6,458 bases of DNA from Tubiluchus corallicola. Taxonomy: Eukaryota; Animalia; Priapulida. Shown here piece after piece: positions 1 to 6,458 of this stretch; position 1 is the first letter of the stretch, and every line of letters begins with the position of its first letter. The notes beneath the pieces were generated by a model. It was given only the letters and a program-made list of their open reading frames with translations, did not search any database and had not been told where the DNA came from. The position numbers and the translations under genes were made by a program. The stretch is taken from contig JAQGDQ010002246.1 of assembly GCA_030141605.1 (NCBI GenBank), positions 1 to 6,458 of the forward strand. The letters are read 5' to 3'.

Positions 1-33
1 AACTGACCTAGCAATGATAAACTACTTCATAGC

Positions 34-179
34 CTGTGCTGAAGACCTATCCGTAACAGAACTTTTTGATCTGGCATGTGAGGGATTTTAAAATCCTGAA
101 TCAATTCGATTAAATCAATTGACAAGGTTCCAATTTCTCCCGCATGGCGGATACCGTTCCTTCGTGGAAGTCCACTGAC
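34..179 (-). CDS. Coding exon, guanylate cyclase catalytic domain; 3' boundary inferred because of apparent 1-nt insertions
   Basis: Acceptor tacttgttttgtcag|GTC. It encodes VSGLPRRNGIRHAGEIGTLSIDLIELIQDFKIPHMPDQKVLLRIGL, which is typical of membrane GCs. The expected HTG appears only if the base at position 39 is removed. Confidence 0.9.
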
Positions 180-545
180 CTGACAAAACAAGTATGACGT
201 ACGCACATTAGAATTTGTCATTATCAGCGTTACCTGTATCACTAGGTAAGTAAATGAGTAGATTACTGACGCAGGAGCGGTCCACAGTATTTCTTAAGAA
301 CACGTTTGTGGAATATTTTTGCTGTTGAAAATTATGTTAGTTTGTGATGTCATCAATAGTTCGGCTCGCCCGCCGTTAATTAAGTTTTTAATCCACTATT
401 TAATTACCAGAAACGCTTTTCCAATATTAACTGTGTCAAATTGTACACTTTTTAATTGACTTGAAAATGGGGTTAGTATAAGAAAAATCATCCTGTCTTC
501 GTTTAAACAAGCAATGTTAACGTGACAGCTGTTAATTACTCTTAC

Positions 546-644
546 CATCATATAAGCGTCGCCAATAGTCTCCACTTTGTAAACGTCGTACATGTCAATT
601 CTTTTATCGAACGTGGTGTATAGCATGTTGAGCAAATCCACCAC
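546..644 (-). CDS. 99-nt coding exon, guanylate cyclase catalytic domain
   Basis: Acceptor tttcttttgctattag|GTG and donor ATG|gtaaga (phase 0-0). It encodes [33 protein letters not shown]. The KVETIGDAY motif has the GTP-specifying Glu and the second catalytic Asp. Confidence 0.96.
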
Positions 645-889
645 CTAATAGCAAAAGAAAACGTAGAATCGTGCATGGATAAATAGGCCAAAAGCAGAAG
701 ACGTAATTACGCCTGAATGATCAATTTATAAGGAAAATCGCGTTAATGTAGAATGATGCGGGAACATAATAATAGCTCTGTTATAGTAACAGAAATAGTT
801 CTTAATAAATAGCTTAAACGAAGCAAATCGAGCAAGCTCTAGTCACTCATGCCCAGGGGTGCAACAAACTAAGGTCCTAAATTTCTTCA

Positions 890-1146
890 ATGCACAACCG
901 CACACGCACACACATACGCGCACGCGCACGCGCACACACATACACGCACACCATGCATGCGCATCACATCGTGCACCACATATGCACATGCATGCATGCA
1001 CATGCACACACATGCACATGCACATGCACATGCACATGCACATGCACATGCACGCACATGCACATGTACGCTCATGCATGCACATACACCACAGCACCAC
1101 ATACTCATGCACACACCACACATATACACATACACTATATATATAT
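890..1146. repeat. Compound (CA)n/(CGCA)n/(TGCACA)n/(TA)n microsatellite, intronic
   Basis: Visible directly, including a run of ATGCAC hexamers at about 1011-1052. It accounts for the five low-complexity H/T/C/A/M/V ORFs here. Confidence 0.95.
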
Positions 1147-1764
1147 CAGTTGGTATCTATTCGATCACTTAATTACAGACTTATTTTCACTCAATAAGCC
1201 TAGAAATGACGAAGTTGAACTCAAAATCAAAATGTTTTTAATTCTTGTTCTCCATTCAATCTATTCTTAACCCAAAGTGCTTTATTATTACATAACAAAC
1301 TTGACCTGTTTTTCATTCAAAATTAAAATACTAATTTCAGTTTATGCAAAATTCTGTTGCCCACTAATTTATGTATTTTTTTTTATTTTGGATTGCTTAA
1401 TTATATAGCAAATGTCATAATTTTAAAATAATGTTTCCTAAATTAAACTGACAAAATTAATTTTCATGCCACCATTGTCTAATGATCATTTTCTATATTT
1501 TGTAAAGCAAACTAGGTGACTTTTTGCAAATCCTTTTTCTAGTTTTATATCTGTTTATTGTAACCTTTCTTCACGATTTACTATTGATTCTCTTATTAAT
1601 AATGTTCTATTGTAGTGTTGTAAAGAGCTAAATAGTTTCTTCACTTATTATCACTCTTTATTGTTACTTGTGTCGAATGGATTAACCAAAATGTCTGTTG
1701 CTATTCGGACGTTATTGACGATACCACTGATGAGAATTCTAAAATGTTGGCTTGGCTAGATTTA

Positions 1765-2160
1765 AATATTGGATTCCTCAAATTAGTTTATTCAACTTTT
1801 ACCACATAATGTCAACATTAGGCCCCCAGTTACAATTAACAAAAGCATGAATGTTGGATTCTTCAAATCAGTTTATTCAATTTCTACAGCATAATGCCAA
1901 CATTAGGATCCCTGTTACAATTAACAAAAGCATGAATGTTGGATTCTTCAAATCAGTTTATTCAATTTCTACAGCATAATGCCAACATTAGGATCCCAGT
2001 TACAATTAACAAAAGCATGAATGTTGAATTCTTCAAATCAGTTTCTTTCAACTTCTACAGCATAATGCCAACTTTAGGCAACCAGTTACAATTAACAAGA
2101 GCGTGAATGTTGGATTCTTCAAATCAGTTTATTCAACTTCTACTACGTAATGCCAACATT
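1765..2160. repeat. Tandem array of an 85-86-bp unit, about 4.6 copies
   Basis: The anchor G(T/C)CAAC(A/T)TT recurs at 1811, 1896, 1981, 2067 and 2152. The units are near-identical (...ttacaattaacaaaagcatgaatgttggattcttcaaatcagtttattcaa...). Confidence 0.95.
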
Positions 2161-2874
2161 GAAAAAACTTTCCATGCAAAATTATGTCACTTAGCATTTC
2201 GCTTACCTGCTTGAAACACTTCTGTAACTAAAAATAATAATTTAAAGTGTTCGTGCCAAATGGTAAAATGTCGCTGGTTCGCCCTCCAGGGTGCACCACT
2301 CACTAACCAAAAACGTATTTTTAATCTTATTGACAAGATACAGTAATTTAAAATTTTACTTAGGTTGTTATGCTACTAATGCTCTGATTATTTTTTCAAA
2401 GTTTACACAATGTTATCTAAACTTGTTTCAAATGACTTATCGTCAAAATGGCTGCGTCTGACGGTCATTGCGGGAGTTTAAATTTACATGTTTTATACAG
2501 CGCTACTGCCGCCGCAAGCCCGTATGCAAAAAGGCAGTATGTAAGTGGTATAAAATTTCAAGACCACTTTTTAAACTTTAAGTAAGTGGACGGTTTTCTT
2601 GTGTTTTATCTTGTTCAGTTTTAATAAATTTGTTATCCTATTTACTAAGTAACATCATCTTTGTTTAACTTGTTATGGGTGTCAGGTCTGTCACAATGGT
2701 CTTAGCGCCTAAGGCTCTGTCAGCCTAATGGATAATCCGACCCTGCATGCATGTATTTGCATCTATACTATAGGCTGCAATGACGTGCTAAATCATTATG
2801 ATAATTTGGTCTAAAATGATGGTGGCGTAGCTGCGATAATGCTGCAGTGTCAGTTATACACATATATCCTTGAA

Positions 2875-2924
2875 CATCATCGTCATCGTCATCGCCATCA
2901 TAATCTTCATCATCATCGTCATCG

Positions 2925-2962
<38 letters not shown>

Positions 2963-3010
2963 TTTATAATCATTTTCTTCCTTTTCTTCTTCTTCGTCAT
3001 CATCATCGTT

Positions 3011-3070
<60 letters not shown>

Positions 3071-3487
3071 TTTATAATCACTCTCTTCTTCTTTTTCTTT
3101 TTCTTTATCATCATCATCTTCAAATCATTTTCTTCTTCTTCTTCTTCATTCTTCTTCGTCATCAACATCAACGTCTTCATCAACATCATCATCATCGTCA
3201 TCATCATCATCATAATCATCATCATCATCATCTTTATAATCATTTTCTTCTTCTTTTTCTTCTTCTTCATCATCATCATCATCATCATCATCTTCACCAT
3301 CATTTTCTTCTTCTTCTTCTTCTTCATCATCATCATCATCATCATCTTCACCATCATTTTCTTCTTCTTCTTCTTCTTCTTCATCATCATCATCATCATC
3401 ATCATCTTCACCATCATTTTCTTCTTCTTCTTCTTCTTCATCATCATCATCATCATCTTCACCATCATTTTCTTCTTCTTCTTCTTC

Positions 3488-3523
<36 letters not shown>

Positions 3524-3633
3524 TTCGTCATCATCATCGTCATCATCATCATCGTCTTCATCATTATTATTATTATCATCATCATCATCATCATCATCAT
3601 CGTCGTCGTCGTCATCATCATCATCACCATCAT
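2875..3633. repeat. Compound trinucleotide array (CAT)n/(CTT)n/(CGT)n with higher-order units
   Basis: Visible directly. It lies about 60 nt into the intron after the donor at 3693 and explains the poly-His, poly-Ile/Phe and poly-Met/Lys ORFs. Confidence 0.97.
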
Positions 3634-3693
3634 TGAGATATAATGATAAAAAGGTAAAATAAAATTATAAATAAAGAAGAGTACATGACAGAC

Positions 3694-4292
3694 CTGTAAG
3701 GGAGTACTAGCAGCTGAAATAGCTGTGAATCCAACAATATCGCTGAAAAAGATTGTCACAGAACTGTAGCTTTCTGGCGGCACTAGACGACCTTGTTTTA
3801 ACTCCATGGCAACCGTTTTTGGTAACATTTGCTGCAAGAGTTCATCCGTCCGTTCTTGCTCTTGTGAAAGTTCTTTGGTTTTATAGAAAAGATACTTTGC
3901 ATAGCATTTGATCGAGAGACCAAGTCTATTCATCTGTATGACGTACCACACCGTAATTATTGGGCACAACATGGCTGCCAATATTAGCACCGTAGTTCCT
4001 AGAATCAGATCCAATGTTGAAAGTCTTTTTAAAGTTCCGCTTTGCTCCAAAAGCGCTTTCTCTACAAATGAACACACGGTTTGCAGTTGCTTCAGACGTA
4101 CTGACATATTTCCGTAGAAATAAACAGCTTGAAGTTCATTGGATTCATTAACGTTCCTTTTAGCAAATGCGCGTCTGTCAGAATCCATATCCTTCACAGG
4201 CGGATCGGAAAAATTTTGCCAAAGACTCATCACTTCGTCGTCTGCAGCTTGTAAGGCATTATCTAGCGTAAATGCCTCTAGCACTTTTGCAT
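3694..4292 (-). CDS. 599-nt coding exon: end of ectodomain, TM helix, coiled-coil signalling helix and start of the guanylate cyclase domain
   Basis: Acceptor attctatttcag|AT and donor TTACAG|gtctgt (phase 0). It encodes the hydrophobic segment [24 protein letters not shown], the signalling helix [31 protein letters not shown], and [22 protein letters not shown], which carries the first metal-binding Asp of class III cyclases. Confidence 0.95.
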
Positions 4293-4945
4293 CTGAAATA
4301 GAATGAGAGTGATGAAATTACTTGGTACCTCTCCACCTATAAATACTGTAATTAGCCCTAATTTTAATAAGCCATTTCGCAGTTTCGTTGTGCGCACGCA
4401 CATTTTAGTAGGTCAATGGTTAAGTGTACCTCAGTAACGCGTCTTAAAAGGTAAAGGAAAGCCGTCCGCCGCATCAGCTAAGTAACTTCAGTGTTTTACA
4501 TGGACTTTAGAGACTAATTATGCGTTTGACTGTGCAATAGAGTGATTCTTGCTTGCGAATAAGAAAAAACAAACTAGGTAAGCTTCTAGCTAGCTGTTAA
4601 AACTATTACAACAGCATGGCCTGTGAGGCTTTGCTAAGCGTGCACAAATGAGTTGTCTGGTACACTTAACCTTTGACCATTTCGCGATCATCATAAATCG
4701 CTATCAAAGTAAAAGCAATTAATCACATATACAAAATTTCAATAAATCCACCGTTAGTAATCGATAATTGAAAATCACAAAAGTTCCTCAAAATTTGGAC
4801 CAGAAAGAGCCAAACCGGTCCGAATTTTGTCTGTGACTCCGATACGAGTTTGTAGTCAAATGGACCCGACTTTCTGATGACTACAAAGTAGATGTCAGTA
4901 AAATAACCAAGTTTCTTCTGTAAGTCAGTAGCCATACATGTACAA

Positions 4946-5568
4946 GAATCTCGGTCACAAGAAAAAGTCATAGGAAAATAGAAATATCCCTAACCCTAAC
5001 CCTTCTTCTATCCCTATCCCTAACCTTGACACTAAGAATAACCCTAACCTTAACCTTAACCCTTGTTCTAACCCTAACCTCAACCTTAACCTTAACCCTC
5101 GCCCTAATGCTTACTCCAGCCCTAGCCCTAACCCTTACTCTAACCCTAGACCTAACTTTAACCCTTACCTTAACCCTAACCCTAACCCTAACCCTAATCC
5201 TAACCTTAACACTTGTTCTAACCCTAGGCCTAACCCCTACCCTAACTCTTACCTTAACCCTAACCATAACCCCTACTCTAACCCTAGACCTAACTTTAAC
5301 CCTTACCTTAACCCTAACCCTAACCATTACCCTAACCCTAACCTTAACCCTTGTTCTAAACCTAATCCTAACCCTTACCCTAACCCTAACCTTAACCCTT
5401 GTTCTAAACCTAATCCTAACCCTTACCCTAACCCTAACCTAACCGTAACCCTTGCCCTAACTCTAGCCAAAATAGCCAAAATTAAATTGACTTTTTGCTT
5501 TTAATTTTCTATCCATAATTGTGACTTTTCCCAGTGACTTATTTCCGGTGACGTTTCACCGGTTATCC
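4946..5568. mobile_element. Probable non-autonomous DNA element (MITE/foldback-like) carrying the telomere-type array
   Basis: The left flank gtcacaagaaaaagtcataggaaaa (4954-4978) is an imperfect inverted copy of the right-flank repeats gtgacttttccca/gtgacttatttccg/gtgacgtttcaccg (5521-5561). There is a possible degenerate 8-bp TSD, atgtacaa (4938-4945) versus aggtacag (5569-5576). Confidence 0.55.
4988..5466. repeat. Interstitial degenerate telomere-type array (CCCTAA)n / (TTAGGG)n
   Basis: About 80 hexamers with variants (CCTTAA, CCCTAG, CTCTAA, CCTTAC). It explains the LT-repeat and VR-repeat ORFs. Confidence 0.95.
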
Positions 5569-5579
5569 AGGTACAGTAC

Positions 5580-5654
5580 CTTGAAGGAATTCATGTTCAA
5601 CGTCGTCGAGACTTCCTTGAGAAAAGTATACAGTACCGAGTACTTGAATAATCC
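5580..5654 (-). CDS. 75-nt coding exon (phase 1-1) of the same gene; putative NIT ectodomain
   Basis: Acceptor tattgtgttttttcag|GG and donor CAAG|gtactg. Translation is (G)IIQVLGTVYFSQGSLDDVEHEFLQ(D), and the phases match both neighbouring exons. It resembles the NIT-GC pattern G-x-E-R-A-L-G-x-x-x-F-x-x-G. Confidence 0.8.
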
Positions 5655-5769
5655 CTGAAAAAACACAATATTGTCACTGTAATGTGTAAATTTCTGTAAA
5701 AGAACGGATAAGAACAAGAGGCGTTTTGCTTCGTTGTAGCTACCTCGTTGCTTGTAACAGTAAAACAAT

Positions 5770-5813
5770 TCGTGCCCGCAATAACCCAGGTTCGAATCCT
5801 GGTCCCGGCACCA
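5770..5813 (+). pseudogene. 3' half of tRNA-His(GTG) with genome-encoded CCA; reads as a primer-binding site on the minus strand
   Basis: The sequence is gtgcccgcaataacccaggttcgaatcctggtcccggcacca. It has a perfect T-arm (ccagg-ttcgaat-cctgg), GTG at 5772-5774 and terminal CCA, and closely resembles the 3' half of metazoan tRNA-His as I recall it. No 5' half is present. Confidence 0.8.
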
Positions 5814-5828
5814 CTAAAAATAATTCGT

Positions 5829-6116
5829 TGTATTGTGTGAAGCTGATTATTGGCGTTTTAGGGATGGCAAAACTATGAAGAGTCAGATTATAAAACTACA
5901 CGTTTATTGAACATCAAACACAATAAATATAACAGATAGTAATGCCAAGCCCCCTGATCTAGCCTACTCTCCTTCAGCTCCCAGACTCAATCCCCTGAGC
6001 TGGGAGCGTCACAAGGCTTATATATCGTACGCCTACGCTTCGATTCTGAATCACTTACTCACGTGACACCACTCCTTAACTGGCTTCAGCGTTCATCAAC
6101 ATAATTATTTATCACA
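5829..6116 (-). mobile_element. Possible LTR remnant (boundaries uncertain)
   Basis: On the minus strand the order is TGTGA (6116), TATATAAG (6024-6017), AATAAA (5908-5903), TCACA (ending 5836) or TACA (ending 5829), then the PBS-like TGGTGCCGGGACCAGGAT (5813-5796). No TSD or gag sequence is seen. Confidence 0.5.
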
Positions 6117-6291
6117 ATCTAACGCTTTTAACATAGTTCAACAGGTCCTCTTTACTGAAACGCTGAGCCAAGAAAAAGTTGCTTTATGTTTCAAAAGATG
6201 CAAACTTGATTAGTTTTGAATGATGAAAGTATCGCAAAGATTTATTTTAGATACGTAGAAATTTTTCTTAAACATTTCAAATGTTACAAAC

Positions 6292-6458
6292 CTGAGAAGT
6301 TTTGAATGCTGAGAAAATGATTGTAAGTCCTGAGATTAGTTAGAAGACTTCTATGGAAGTTATCGTAAAACCTAGATGTCTCCCGCGTCACTAATGTCTT
6401 GAGAAATGCTGTCAGATTTGCATAAATGTAAAAAGATTTTACTAGCGTGACATCACGC
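6292..6458 (-). CDS. Coding exon (5'-truncated by the window) of a NIT-GC-like membrane guanylate cyclase; part of the putative NIT ectodomain
   Basis: Manual translation gives 55 stop-free codons from the window end: RDVTLVKSFYIYANLTAFLKTLVTRETSRFYDNFHRSLLTNLRTYNHFLSIQNFS-G. The exon ends at a phase-1 donor TCAG|gtttgt. The leftover G joins the GG at the start of the next exon to give Gly. The amphipathic helical pattern fits the NIT helices before the GxERA motif as I recall it. Confidence 0.75.

Noticed and set aside
843-1270. Five overlapping ORFs rich in H/T/C/A/M/V
   Set aside because: They are translations of the purine-pyrimidine microsatellite inside an intron.
1765-2160. CRISPR array
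   Set aside because: The units are contiguous near-identical repeats with no unique spacers, there are no cas genes, and the context is a eukaryotic intron.
2730-2745. ggataatccgaccctg, resembling a MITE terminal repeat
   Set aside because: I found no matching opposite terminus in the window, so no element can be delimited.
2839-3643. Poly-His (265 aa) and poly-Ile/Phe (257 aa) ORFs, and a Asp/Glu-rich minus-strand frame
   Set aside because: These are by-products of the CAT/CTT array. Several frames are open at once, and the acidic frame is interrupted by a stop near 3124-3126.
3908-4117. 69-aa plus-strand ORF
   Set aside because: It is an antisense shadow of the coding exon.
2854-4284. 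476-aa ORF as a single gene
   Set aside because: Cyclase similarity stops at the donor at 3693 and resumes at 644. The GTG start is an internal Val and the Met/Lys tail is intronic repeat.
4723-4971. 82-aa minus-strand ORF as an additional exon
   Set aside because: It has no recognisable similarity, and the flanking exons already join in phase without it.
4968-5442. VR-repeat and LT-repeat ORFs; a true chromosome end
   Set aside because: The ORFs are translations of telomere-type hexamers. The array is degenerate and flanked by exons of one gene.
5556-5768. 70-aa minus-strand ORF
   Set aside because: It overlaps the 75-nt exon in a different frame. The splice-compatible frame is the one giving IIQVLGTVYFSQG.
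5740-5813. Functional tRNA gene or intact tRNA-derived SINE head
   Set aside because: There is no 5' acceptor strand, D-arm or A box upstream of the anticodon region.
6445-6458. Palindrome gcgtga-ca-tcacgc at the window end
   Set aside because: It is a short 6-bp stem inside a coding exon and is compatible with chance.

Overview
AT-rich, intron-containing animal genomic DNA, probably an invertebrate. The window holds five minus-strand coding exons (6458-6292, 5654-5580, 4292-3694, 644-546, 179-34) whose splice phases are compatible and join into one protein. The protein has a helical ectodomain resembling a NIT nitrate/nitrite-sensing domain, one visible TM helix, a coiled-coil signalling helix and a class III guanylate cyclase domain, with no kinase-homology domain. 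This fits a NIT-GC-like membrane guanylate cyclase that runs off both window ends. The two 5'-most exons are not in the ORF track in their coding frame and were found by manual translation. The introns contain an alternating purine-pyrimidine microsatellite, an 85-bp tandem array, a compound (CAT)n/(CTT)n array, a degenerate (CCCTAA)n array inside a probable inverted-repeat element, and an LTR-like segment next to a CCA-ended tRNA-His 3' fragment. The last exon has an apparent frameshift and a broken donor near the window edge. All family assignments come from motif recognition, not from database searches.
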